A stretch of DNA of 64,000 nucleotides from the NCBI GenBank assembly GCA_963832745.1, contig CAWHVC010000003.1, forward strand, positions 672,001 through 736,000, given 5' to 3'. Both the position numbers and the translations under genes were made by a program. How positions within the stretch are numbered: the stretch's first letter is position 1; the number at the start of each line of letters is the position of its first letter. The DNA comes from Candidatus Bathyarchaeota archaeon (lineage in GTDB: Archaea; Thermoproteota; Bathyarchaeia; Bathyarchaeales; Bathycorpusculaceae). The notes under the pieces were generated by a model. The model saw only the letters and a list, made by a program, of their open reading frames with translations. It searched no databases and had not been told where the DNA came from. Of this stretch, positions 8,993 through 18,221 are shown piece by piece.

Positions 8993-10491
8993 GCGAAACC
9001 AAAAGCATCTGCCCCGAATGCCAAAAGAAAATTGATGCCCAATTAAGCGAAGCAAACGGTAAAATACAAATTACCAAACAATGTCCTGAACATGGCGAAT
9101 TCCATGCAACCCATTGGCAAAGCAAACCAATCTTTGAACACATGAAAAAATATGACCAATTCCAGTATCTTGGCGACTTAAACGCACCCAAAAACCCTGA
9201 AGGTTGCCCATACGTTTGCGAAACCTGCCATAACCATGCGTCAGGCACAGTCATCGGCGTAATAGACGTAACTAAACGTTGTAACTTCAGGTGTGCAGTG
9301 TGCTTTTCAACTTTTCCTGGACAGGGCGATGATTATGAGCCAACTAAGCAAGCGCTCATAGAAATGCTTGAGTTCGCTGCAAAAGCAAACCCTAAGCCTC
9401 CTGCAATCTTGTTCAGCGGCGGTGAACCCTTAGAACGGGAAGATATGCCTGAAATCATCGCTGCAGCTCACGAATTAAAATTCATGACTATTCTGGCAAC
9501 CAACGGCACACACTTAGTTGACACGCCAGGTTTAGCTCAAAGGCTAAAAGACGCAGGATTAAACATTGTCTACTTATCTTTTGATAGCTTCCACGAAGAA
9601 TTTAACAAGAAAATCCGCGGTTTACCTCTTGTAGACCTGAAACTAAAAGCCCTTGATGTTTGCCGAAAATACGACATAGAAGTCATCCTTGTTAACACTT
9701 TAATGAAAAGCCTCAACGACGAAGAAGTCGGCGACATGATAAGATTTGCAGCTAAAAACACTGACATTGTGCGCGGCTTAATTTTCCAGCCTATCGCGTT
9801 TACTGGCAGAGCAACCGAGAATCCGTTCCGTGAAAACTTCCGTGAATGGAGTTTTGCTGAAGATGTGGAAAAGCAAACTAACGGTGAAATCAAAACTACT
9901 GACCTGTTTCCAATGTCAGTTATGACTTCACCGCTTAAAATCATGCGGCAGTTCATGCAGAAACCTTGGCCACTCTTTAGCTGTAGTCCACAATGTGGCA
10001 TCGTTAACTGGGTTTATGTTTCTCCACATTCGGGCAAAATGTTTCCAATTAACCGTTTCGTGAACTTTGACCGATTCTTTAACACTATCCGTAAAACCGC
10101 TGAGAACGCTGAATCCAAAAGCAAAATTCGACTGCTTGCACCACTGTTTATGGGCGCCATGATTTCAATGAACATGCTGCTGGTTACCAAAGAAGTGGGC
10201 ACCTTTACATTGATGAAAAGCATCATGCAAATGCACATGAGCCCCAACTATAAGTCGTTGGGTAAAATTCGTAGACGCATATTTCTGCTTGGATGCATGG
10301 CGTTTATGGATAGCTACAACTTTGACGTTAACCGTGTCCGCCGCTGTGTAGTTCATTATATTACGCCTGACAAGAAGATTATTCCCTTCTGCGCTTATAA
10401 CAACGTGCACCGAGTACAAATTGAAAAAGAATACATTGAATGTAACCAACAGAAAACTCCACAAAAAATAAAGGTTAAAGCTAAAGCTTAA
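8989..10491 (+). CDS. tes: Tetraether lipid synthase (Tes / GDGT-MAS, MJ0619 family radical SAM)
   Basis: N-terminal CPEC...CPEHG rubredoxin-like site, CPYVCETCHNH cluster motif, CNFRCAVC radical SAM motif, SCSPQCG and CMAFMD...RRCVVHY...IPFCAYN; Met and Tyr spaced as M439/Y459 of MJ0619 (from recollection of that sequence). Confidence 0.88.
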   Translation: MSETKSICPECQKKIDAQLSEANGKIQITKQCPEHGEFHATHWQSKPIFEHMKKYDQFQYLGDLNAPKNPEGCPYVCETCHNHASGTVIGVIDVTKRCNFRCAVCFSTFPGQGDDYEPTKQALIEMLEFAAKANPKPPAILFSGGEPLEREDMPEIIAAAHELKFMTILATNGTHLVDTPGLAQRLKDAGLNIVYLSFDSFHEEFNKKIRGLPLVDLKLKALDVCRKYDIEVILVNTLMKSLNDEEVGDMIRFAAKNTDIVRGLIFQPIAFTGRATENPFRENFREWSFAEDVEKQTNGEIKTTDLFPMSVMTSPLKIMRQFMQKPWPLFSCSPQCGIVNWVYVSPHSGKMFPINRFVNFDRFFNTIRKTAENAESKSKIRLLAPLFMGAMISMNMLLVTKEVGTFTLMKSIMQMHMSPNYKSLGKIRRRIFLLGCMAFMDSYNFDVNRVRRCVVHYITPDKKIIPFCAYNNVHRVQIEKEYIECNQQKTPQKIKVKAKA

Positions 10492-11000
10492 GCTGAACTT
10501 GAAACTACGTCAATGTGCAACACGCAGTAATTGTTTGTAAAAACGTTATCTGCGTACAGTTCAAACACGACGCTGTAACTTCCCAGTGTGTTAATGCTTA
10601 TTGGTGCCTGCTCACTCCATGTTTCACCATTTTTTAAACTAAATTCGTAGGTTTTTTCTGCGGCTGTGTCAACTGGGAAACTGATTGTGTCTTGTACAAT
10701 TTTTACTTGTACCTGATAATTTGCAGTTTTTTGGGGGTCCTTTGGGTCATATAAGTGGTTTGCTACAAAGATTTGCTGGTTATAAGTACTGTTCTGGTTA
10801 GCCACAAGAACTTGAGAGTAATCGTTTGCGCTATTTTGTGAATCAAGAAGGTACATTTCGCTGTAACCTGACGGTTGCGGCGCATAAACAACAAAGTACA
10901 CTGCAACTACGCTGCAGACAACGATGAGTGCAATGGCGACTGCTGCAATGTAGCCTTTCTCAAGTTTTAACGTGACTGTTTGGCTGTTGTTGTTTTCCAT
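10488..11000 (-). CDS. DUF1616-like membrane-anchored protein
   Basis: Single TM followed by YSEMYLL...ANDY...VANH...YQVQV...VFELY pattern; often next to archaeal GT genes. Confidence 0.6.
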   Translation of the reverse strand: MENNNSQTVTLKLEKGYIAAVAIALIVVCSVVAVYFVVYAPQPSGYSEMYLLDSQNSANDYSQVLVANQNSTYNQQIFVANHLYDPKDPQKTANYQVQVKIVQDTISFPVDTAAEKTYEFSLKNGETWSEQAPISINTLGSYSVVFELYADNVFTNNYCVLHIDVVSSSA

Positions 11001-11007
11001 ACAGGTT

Positions 11008-11709
11008 TCACTTGTTTACTAAGCCTTTAACCATGGTGGTGAATATTTCTATTGTTGACTTAAACTTTTGCAGTTTAGGCTTGCCGTACCTTCGAATTTT
11101 GTAAGTGCTTTTAACTTCAACCATTTTGTAGTTTTTCTTTGTAAATTTGATAAGCATTTCAGTGGCAAAAGCCATGTCGCCCTCAACCAATTTTACGTTG
11201 TCGATGGCTTCATGTGATATTGCTCTAAATCCTGACTGGGTGTCACTAAGGTACTGGCTGTAAAGGAAGTCAAAACAGAAAGTGATAACTTTGTTACCAA
11301 TAAAATTGAAAAAGCCCATTGCTTTGTTTGGGTCATACATGCGGGTGGCAAGGACCATGTCGGCGTCTTCTTGAACCATTTTGTCAAGCATGCGACCGAT
11401 GTGTTTTACTTCGTAGGTTCCGTCGCCGTCTACCATTATGATAATGTTGCCTTTGGCGTTGTTCATTCCGGTTTTCAAGGCTCGTCCATAGCCGCGTCTG
11501 GGTTCAATGATTAGCCTGCAAAAGTTTGTGTCTCTAACGATTTCTTGTGTTCCGTCGGTAGAGTTTCCGTCAACAACAATTATTTCTTTTGGGTAATCTA
11601 GTTCTTTATAGATTGTTGTTACAGCTTCCAGTATGTTGCCTGCTTCATTGAGTGTTGGAATCACTATCGATACTAGTTCTACCTTTGATGTCATTCCCCA
11701 TCTTCCCAT
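11008..11709 (-). CDS. Glycosyltransferase family 2 (Dol-P-Man synthase-like)
   Basis: VSIVIPTLNE, VVDGNSTDGT, RGYGRA, VDGDGTY, DTQSGFRA. Confidence 0.92.
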   Translation of the reverse strand: MGRWGMTSKVELVSIVIPTLNEAGNILEAVTTIYKELDYPKEIIVVDGNSTDGTQEIVRDTNFCRLIIEPRRGYGRALKTGMNNAKGNIIIMVDGDGTYEVKHIGRMLDKMVQEDADMVLATRMYDPNKAMGFFNFIGNKVITFCFDFLYSQYLSDTQSGFRAISHEAIDNVKLVEGDMAFATEMLIKFTKKNYKMVEVKSTYKIRRYGKPKLQKFKSTIEIFTTMVKGLVNK

Positions 11710-11739
11710 ATTGAAAGGCTATATAGTGTCCGTGTTAGG

Positions 11740-12897
11740 TTAAATAAGCTCTTCGTATATTTCGATAAGCTGCTCCACATTCTTGTCCCAACCATAATTT
11801 TCCTCAACAACTAAACGCAATTCACCCTTACTTTCTTGAAAGTTGATTTCTGCAAATTCAACGATAGCTTCTGCCATTGCTTCTGAATCGTTTGCCCGAA
11901 CCAGTTTCCCGTAACCTTTCACCATTATTTCGCTTATTCCACCAACATTAGTAGCTACAACTGGCAAACCGCACGCCATTGCTTCCTGTGCAACAAGCGG
12001 TAAGCCTTCACCTGATTTTGACGGCAAAACAAACAGGTCTGCCGTGTTATAATAAAGGTGCAATTCTTCGTCGGGAACAAACCCTGCAAGCTTAAAATTG
12101 CGCTCCAAACCTAACTGTTTAATCTGCTGCTGTACACTGCTCATGTCGGGGCCTTTGCCCACGGCAAGAAAAACGATTTTATGGTTCTTTTTGGTTGCCA
12201 AACTGGCGCTTTCGATTAAGGTGTCTATGCCGTTCTTGTAAACCAGCCGTCGAACAGTCAAAACAACCCTTGCATCTTGCGGAATGCCCAGTTTTTTTCG
12301 CATTTCTGCTTTAACGTGGGGTAATGGTTTGAAACGTTGTAGGTCAACGCCGTTATGAATCACTTTAACTTTACTTGATTTGGCGCCGAGGCTTAGAACA
12401 TAGTTTTTGGTTGCATTGCTTATTGCTATGACCCTGTCTGCTTCATGCAAGGTCTGTTTGCCTACAGTTAAATCGTTTAGGCGTTCAACTTGGTCAAAAA
12501 TGTTATTGTAATCTATGTAGGTGTTGTGTTGGGTTAACACGAAGGGTTTACCATACTGTTTTGCAAGTTTTCCTGCTAAAAGCGAGCTTAAGTAGGGGTG
12601 ACCATGGGCATGTACGATTCGGGCGCCTTTAACGGCTTTAGTGAATACGCCAAGGCTTGCAACTGAGGGGAACACGTAAGGTATCCCAAGGCGGAAACCT
12701 AAATTCATAGAGTTGTAACATTGAACATTTATGCCTTCCACTTTATAGCATGGGGCTGTTTGGATACGGCTGGTTACAACCTGAGGCTCAAAACTCTTTT
12801 TTAGCAATCTTTTGCTTTGCTCATACACAACTTTTTCTATTCCACCCACATGAGGCAGAAACGTATGCGTAACAATGCAAAGCCTGTTTTGACCCAT
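11740..12897 (-). CDS. Glycosyltransferase family 4 (GT-B)
   Basis: FLPHVGGIE, VIHNGVD, RLVYKNG, EGLPLVAQEAMACGLPVV; start set at ATG 12897 (track extension to 13077 overlaps cobZ). Confidence 0.9.
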   Translation of the reverse strand: MGQNRLCIVTHTFLPHVGGIEKVVYEQSKRLLKKSFEPQVVTSRIQTAPCYKVEGINVQCYNSMNLGFRLGIPYVFPSVASLGVFTKAVKGARIVHAHGHPYLSSLLAGKLAKQYGKPFVLTQHNTYIDYNNIFDQVERLNDLTVGKQTLHEADRVIAISNATKNYVLSLGAKSSKVKVIHNGVDLQRFKPLPHVKAEMRKKLGIPQDARVVLTVRRLVYKNGIDTLIESASLATKKNHKIVFLAVGKGPDMSSVQQQIKQLGLERNFKLAGFVPDEELHLYYNTADLFVLPSKSGEGLPLVAQEAMACGLPVVATNVGGISEIMVKGYGKLVRANDSEAMAEAIVEFAEINFQESKGELRLVVEENYGWDKNVEQLIEIYEELI

Positions 12898-13021
12898 GAA
12901 GCTCCAACTTGTAATTCCCTCAATACGCAACCTAATAAGGTTATGGCTAAACCTGCAAACACATATTTTTGAAGTGAAAATAGCAATAAAATGAAAAATT
13001 AAGAAGAAAAACGGTGTTTTG

Positions 13022-13501
13022 TTAGGGCTTAGCGTTTCTAACTGAACGTGTGTACATGTTTGATGATGCACCTGCAATCAATGCACCAATCGGGTCATTG
13101 GTGAGTGGACCGAGTTTTTTGAGGATGCCGGGTTTTGCTTGGTCGAAACGGACAAACTCAAACATGCCTTTAGCGCCTGCAATGTACGTGGCTATGGCGA
13201 TGCCGAAGAGTTCGTCAGCAACTAAGCCGGGTCTGCCCATAAAGTATTCCATGCTTAAGCCTGGGATTAAGCCTTTTTCTGCGTCATCTTGTGCGTGGAA
13301 AGCTGCGGTGATTAGGGTTGCAATGTTGGGGTCAGTTAATGCTGCAATGAGTTCTTCTTTTAGTACTTCAGCAGCTTTTTCTGGGGTTTCGATGCCGGGG
13401 TGTGGCACGTACATTTCAAGTGCAGAGTCAATTAGGTCTTGCATGGTGATGCCGTGCTGTTCGAGCCATTTTAGCATCGGCGGGTTCTCGTTAGTACTCA
13501 T
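13022..13501 (-). CDS. cobZ: Alpha-ribazole phosphatase CobZ (PgpA-like fold, archaeal type)
   Basis: LEMYVPHPGIET, DPNIATL, LVADELFG, EFVRFDQAKPGIL, IGALIAG match archaeal CobZ; cobS/cobY nearby. Confidence 0.82.
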   Translation of the reverse strand: MSTNENPPMLKWLEQHGITMQDLIDSALEMYVPHPGIETPEKAAEVLKEELIAALTDPNIATLITAAFHAQDDAEKGLIPGLSMEYFMGRPGLVADELFGIAIATYIAGAKGMFEFVRFDQAKPGILKKLGPLTNDPIGALIAGASSNMYTRSVRNAKP

Positions 13502-13604
13502 AACTGTTACCTAACCGTCTAACCGAACTGTTTGCTTTAAAGTTTTATCAGCAAACCAACATGTGCTTACAATGTTTCTATGGGCAAGTTTGTTTCCTAC
13601 TGAA

Positions 13605-13702
13605 TTTTAACATGTTAATGATGCTTTTTTCAACCATTAGCACCTACCCCCTATAGGTTTTAACATAGAACCACTAATAGGAGCCTAATAGGTTGGTGAA
13701 AA
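13605..13702. repeat. ~95-bp intergenic element, intact (empty) copy
   Basis: Left half matches 37662-37709, right half matches 38618-38677; contains palindrome TTAACATGTTAA (13607-13618), ACCTA-N7-TAGGT (13642-13658) and two CTAATAGG repeats. Confidence 0.85.
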
Positions 13703-13818
13703 TGGTTGTTTGTCTTCAAACTTTTCAGTTGAATCAAAAGTATGTTGCAGTTTCGGTTTTTGGATGAAGTGTTTTTAAGCAGACAATGCAAACTTATTTG
13801 CGTCGAGGGAAAGAGCAA

Positions 13819-14202
13819 ATGATGGAAGGAGCCGACCGCGCCAACGTAATTAAAGAAGAATTAACCGATAAAGAAACTCGGTTTTTGGCGGTTTATGTTG
13901 AAGCAAAAAACAGTTGCCTAATCTTGCTTAGTGAAAACGAGGACAAGATGGGTACGATGGCTATTGCGGTCCCCAGAGGAAACGAGTCAATGGGATTAGC
14001 TTCTTCTTCGATTCTTGTTGGAGACAGAAACGTTATCAGCGCCCGAATGTTTGCCGAGTACGTGGCATCAAAAAAGAACAAGGTCGCAATGGTCTCAGTT
14101 TACCTTGAAAAGTTTGATGAGATGCAGGCGCAAAAATTTTTTATGAAACTGCTTGAAAAAGTTATGCAGTTAGAAACTAAAAAGCAGCCAACAGCAACAT
14201 AA
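13819..14202 (+). CDS. Hypothetical protein, weak resemblance to proteasome assembly chaperone 4 (PAC4)-like family
   Basis: Intact ORF; KMGTMAIAVP...SSSILVG...ARMFAEYVASKKNKVAMVSV pattern. Confidence 0.5.
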   Translation: MMEGADRANVIKEELTDKETRFLAVYVEAKNSCLILLSENEDKMGTMAIAVPRGNESMGLASSSILVGDRNVISARMFAEYVASKKNKVAMVSVYLEKFDEMQAQKFFMKLLEKVMQLETKKQPTAT

Positions 14203-14257
14203 ACCTTTATACAAAACGTAGCTTCGTAGCTTACTTCGAGGCAGCAGGCGAAAAAGA

Positions 14258-14752
14258 ATGATAACTAAGCTGGCAGAAGGCGACTTTGACGTTATTTTTC
14301 ACGTAATTAACGAAGCCGCAGTTGCTTACAAAGGCGTGATTCCTGCTGACTGTTGGAAAGACCCTTACATGACAACAGAAGAACTCAAAGAAGAAATCGA
14401 TTGTGGTGTTCAGTTTTACGGGTTAAAAGAAAATGACCGTTTAGTTGCAGTTATGGGTATTCAATCAGTTAAAGATGTCACGTTAATCAGGCACGCCTAC
14501 GTACTCACAAGCCAACAACGTAAAGGCTACGGCGAGAAACTCTTCAAGTATCTTATCAGTTTAGCCACAACACCCGTGGTGTTGGTGGGAACTTGGAAAG
14601 CCGCTTATTGGGCAGTGAACTTTTACGTTAAACAAGGTTTCAAAATGGTTTCTGAAGAGGAAAAGAATAAGCTGCTGCAAACTTACTGGAGTATCTCTGA
14701 ACGCCAAGTTGAAACGTCAACCGTACTCAAAACAGAAAGGCAAAAACAATGA
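14258..14752 (+). CDS. GNAT family N-acetyltransferase
   Basis: YVLTSQQRKGYG acetyl-CoA motif, AVNFYVKQGF. Confidence 0.88.
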   Translation: MITKLAEGDFDVIFHVINEAAVAYKGVIPADCWKDPYMTTEELKEEIDCGVQFYGLKENDRLVAVMGIQSVKDVTLIRHAYVLTSQQRKGYGEKLFKYLISLATTPVVLVGTWKAAYWAVNFYVKQGFKMVSEEEKNKLLQTYWSISERQVETSTVLKTERQKQ

Positions 14753-15807
14753 AAAACACAATAATCCTAAAAGTCGACTTCCAACACCCGAATCCTGAAA
14801 AGATTCAGGTTGCCGCCGACATCATCAAAAAAGGCGGATTAGTAGCGTTTCCAACCGAAACCGTTTATGGACTTGGTGCTGACGCACTTAACTCGGCGGC
14901 TGTGCTGGCGTTGTTTAAAGCTAAAAACAGGCCGCTGGATAACCCGCCGATTCTGCATATTTCTCACATAAACAATGTCTACACTCTGGCAAAGCGTGTT
15001 CCCAAAAACGCTGAAGTCTTAATGAAACGGTTCTGGCCTGGACCCTTAACCCTGATTTTCACTCGTTCTGAAACAGTGCCTAAAGAAACCGTTGCAGGCC
15101 TTGATACGGTTGCTATCCGAATGCCCAAACACAACATTGCCCTTGCATTAATCAAACGAAGCGAAACACCAATAGCAGCTCCAAGCGCGAACCTTTCAGG
15201 AAAACCCAGCCCAACCACTGCCCAACACGTTTACAATGACCTGAACGGCAGAATCGACGCAATCATTGACGGCGGCGCCACAAACATAGGTGTTGAATCC
15301 ACAGTTTTGGATTTAAGCGTTGACCCGCCAATGGTGTTGCGTCCTGGCGGAACCCCCTTCGAGGCGATTCAGAAGATGCTGCCTAGCGTGGTGTTGCATC
15401 CTTTTGTTGCTTCCGAACGTGAAGTTGAGGTTGGTCAAGCTAAGTCGCCGGGGATGATGCATAAACATTACGCGCCAAACGCCGAAGTGGTGCTTATTGA
15501 GGGCGCAGTTCCAGCGGTAATTGCCAAAATCAAGACACTTTCAGAACAATATCGTCTTGAAGGCAAAAAAGTGGGCATACTGGCAACTGACGAAACCCAA
15601 AAAGAGTACACTGCTGACGTGGTAAAATCCATGGGTAGCCGTTTTAACCTTGATACGGTTGCAAGAAGCTTGTTTAGGGAACTTCGAGAGTTTAACGATG
15701 CGTCTGTGGATGTTATTTTGGCGGAAGGCGTTCCGTTAGAAGGCATGGGGTTAGCAGTGATGAATAGGCTGAGGAAAGCTTCAGGTTACAACATAATCAA
15801 AGCCTAA
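14749..15807 (+). CDS. sua5: L-threonylcarbamoyladenylate synthase (Sua5: YrdC + SUA5 domains)
   Basis: VAFPTETVYGLGA, KNRPLDNP, FWPGPLT, AAPSANLSG, SPGMMHKHYAP. Confidence 0.96.
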   Translation: MKNTIILKVDFQHPNPEKIQVAADIIKKGGLVAFPTETVYGLGADALNSAAVLALFKAKNRPLDNPPILHISHINNVYTLAKRVPKNAEVLMKRFWPGPLTLIFTRSETVPKETVAGLDTVAIRMPKHNIALALIKRSETPIAAPSANLSGKPSPTTAQHVYNDLNGRIDAIIDGGATNIGVESTVLDLSVDPPMVLRPGGTPFEAIQKMLPSVVLHPFVASEREVEVGQAKSPGMMHKHYAPNAEVVLIEGAVPAVIAKIKTLSEQYRLEGKKVGILATDETQKEYTADVVKSMGSRFNLDTVARSLFRELREFNDASVDVILAEGVPLEGMGLAVMNRLRKASGYNIIKA

Positions 15808-16703
15808 GAAATAATTGACGCAAGCAACTTATCAAGCGTAATAGTTGCAACATTAAGTGAACTGTCACCGCCTCCATAATACACAAACAACTTGTCATCC
15901 ATCAATGCGTCACCGCAACTGAAAACCACGTTGGGCACTTTGCCGAAGCGTTCATAATTAGCCTTAGGAGACAAAACTGGTTCTTTTGAGCGGTGAAGAA
16001 TTTGTTCTGGATTGTTTTTATCCATCATTATTACGCCAAGGTGGTAAACGTTATCCATGTTGACGCCGTGATAAAGCGTAAGCCAGCCTTCGTTTAATTC
16101 AAAAGGCGTGCCTGCGACGCCAATTTTTAAGTCATCCCAGCCTTCCGCTCTGGGTTTCATTATACAACGGATGTCACACCAACTATCAAGATTCGCCGAG
16201 TAAGCAATACAAAGGTCAGGTTCAATTCGATGAAGCATTACGTATCTGCCGTTGACTTTCTTAGGAAAAACTGCCGCATCTTTATTTCTGATTCCCGGAA
16301 ATGGAAGCCTTCGAGCTCCCCAATTCCACTTTTGATTTTCAAAATCAGCTAAATCTAGTGACGTCAAAGCAACCTGAAAAACCTGTCTGTGACCGAACTC
16401 TTTCACTGCCGTGTAAGTCATGAAAAGTTGGTTTTCACATTTTACCACTCTTGGGTCTTCTACACCATTTGTTTCTGCATCGTTAGCAGGTTCAAAAACT
16501 GGGTCCGGCAAACGTTCATCAATATGGAAACCGTCTGTGGTTTTTGCGTAGCCGATTCTAGAAACGCTATCGTTTCCAAATGCTCGGTAAAAAATGTGGA
16601 TTGCACCTTTATGATAGATTACGCCAGCGTTTAATACTCCACGAGACTCCCACGGGTGCTCAGGGATGGGGTGAAGTATAGGGTTGCCTGAAAAGCGTTC
16701 CAT
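15804..16703 (-). CDS. Glycoside hydrolase family 130 (beta-mannoside phosphorylase/hydrolase-like)
   Basis: NPIL, VLNAG, YRA, GVEDPR, NKDAAVFP, YHGV, VPNVVFSCG, YYGGGD. Confidence 0.88.
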   Translation of the reverse strand: MERFSGNPILHPIPEHPWESRGVLNAGVIYHKGAIHIFYRAFGNDSVSRIGYAKTTDGFHIDERLPDPVFEPANDAETNGVEDPRVVKCENQLFMTYTAVKEFGHRQVFQVALTSLDLADFENQKWNWGARRLPFPGIRNKDAAVFPKKVNGRYVMLHRIEPDLCIAYSANLDSWCDIRCIMKPRAEGWDDLKIGVAGTPFELNEGWLTLYHGVNMDNVYHLGVIMMDKNNPEQILHRSKEPVLSPKANYERFGKVPNVVFSCGDALMDDKLFVYYGGGDSSLNVATITLDKLLASIIS

Positions 16704-16714
16704 AAGCTCTCACT

Positions 16715-17116
16715 TCATGTTGGTACCTGCGCGGTTGTTTTCATGCCGAATACTTCATCAACAAAAGCCCTAAACGAGAAGAGCCCGATTAGTTTGCCTT
16801 CTTTATCGGTAACTGGCAGATGCCTGATTTTGTGTGAAAGCAGCAGATCCTTTGCTTCATCAAACGAGGATTCGAACCCGATAGTGGCTACATGTGTACT
16901 CATAACTTTACTTAACGGTTCATCAAGACTCATTCTTTGAGCAACCACGCGGATAGCGTCCCGTTCAGTAAAAATGCCTATGCACTTGTTTTCGTCGTCA
17001 ACTATAACCATTGAACCTACATGGCGTTCATCAAGCAGTTTAACGGCATCCAAAATAGACATGTTCTCTTTAGCGACTACTACATTCTTACACATAATAT
17101 CCTTAATTTTAAACAC
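16715..17116 (-). CDS. CBS domain pair protein
   Basis: IKDIM, VGSMVIVD, GIFTERD, IRHLPV. Confidence 0.9.
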   Translation of the reverse strand: MFKIKDIMCKNVVVAKENMSILDAVKLLDERHVGSMVIVDDENKCIGIFTERDAIRVVAQRMSLDEPLSKVMSTHVATIGFESSFDEAKDLLLSHKIRHLPVTDKEGKLIGLFSFRAFVDEVFGMKTTAQVPT

Positions 17117-17183
17117 AATTTTTCCTCCTTAAAAATAAAAATTAATCTTAACCATTCAAGGAAGCCTCTTCCGCCATTTTTTT

Positions 17184-18221
17184 CTATCCTGAAAACCGTT
17201 GCAGTTCATCAAGTTTAAGCCGCGCCATCAAATACGAAATCGAAGACTCCGACCCCTGATTCCAATTCGCCGAATCAGCTGTTAACCCGTCAAAGCAGCC
17301 TCCGGTTTCAGGATTATACATTACAAACTGGCGCGTGTTTCTACCCAGAAACCATTCAAAAGCCACAACAGCAGCCTCTAAGTATCGAGTTTGCCGTGTC
17401 GCGTAAAAGGCGTCGGCTGCGGCGTCAACAAGTGCAGCTGCTTCAAGGGGTTGCTGGTCATAAATCGCCCGTTGCCCGCCATAAGTGTACCAGCCCTTGT
17501 TGCCTATGGGAACAAATTTGTCATCAATGACAAGTGTGTCAAGAATAAAATCCACGGATGTTTGGGCAACATCAAGATAAACTTGTTTTTTGGTTACCAT
17601 GTACGCGTTAAATAGTGCTTGAGGCAAACGGGCGTTGTCGTAGGTTAAGTAAGGTTCAAACCAGCGCCAGTCAGGTTTAGCTTCATTTTGGTATTGCTGC
17701 ACTATACTGTCAGCCAGTTTTTCGGTGTTTTCACGCAGGTCATCAGCCGGTTTAGCCTTGTAACAGTTATAGAGCCCCAAAATTGCGCCTGCGTAGGCTC
17801 GAAGTGAAATTGACCTTGCCAAGCAGGGCAGTGCATTGTCAAAAATTTCTTTAGCTACCAGTTTAGTGTCACTAGGCAGCTTCGAGTTTACGGTTCGTCC
17901 ACACCCCCACAATGCTCTACCCAAGCAGTCATCAGAACCATCCACATCCAGAAAACGCCTGTTGTAACTAAGGTAATTGTGAAAGTTGCCATCAGGTTTC
18001 TGCATGTGATTAAGAAACGCCAAGTAAATGCTTGCTAATTTTTTGATTTGCTGATCACTTTTTATATTGCTGTATTGTGCACAGGCAACTAAGGCTCTGG
18101 CGTTGTCGTCTGTTGTGTAGCCTTCTTCACGTTTGGGGATGCAATGTCTTGCATGCTGAAAAACGCCTGTGTCATCCGTAAAAGATTGTAAGTAATCAAT
18201 TTTTATAGCGGGTAACCGCAT
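17184..18221 (-). CDS. Six-hairpin glycosidase-like (alpha/alpha barrel) protein, usually the C-terminal domain of a bacterial GT4 fusion
   Basis: TDDTGVFQHA, GYTTDDNARAL, WFEPYLTYDNARLPQA, DQQPLEA, GGCFDGL...NQGSES. Confidence 0.75.
   Translation of the reverse strand: MRLPAIKIDYLQSFTDDTGVFQHARHCIPKREEGYTTDDNARALVACAQYSNIKSDQQIKKLASIYLAFLNHMQKPDGNFHNYLSYNRRFLDVDGSDDCLGRALWGCGRTVNSKLPSDTKLVAKEIFDNALPCLARSISLRAYAGAILGLYNCYKAKPADDLRENTEKLADSIVQQYQNEAKPDWRWFEPYLTYDNARLPQALFNAYMVTKKQVYLDVAQTSVDFILDTLVIDDKFVPIGNKGWYTYGGQRAIYDQQPLEAAALVDAAADAFYATRQTRYLEAAVVAFEWFLGRNTRQFVMYNPETGGCFDGLTADSANWNQGSESSISYLMARLKLDELQRFSG

Noticed and set aside
13050-13514. 154-aa plus-strand ORF, and the many similar antisense ORFs (e.g. 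23164-23730, 9570-10001, 51960-52394)
   Set aside because: Shadow frames of well-supported genes on the opposite strand; no motifs.
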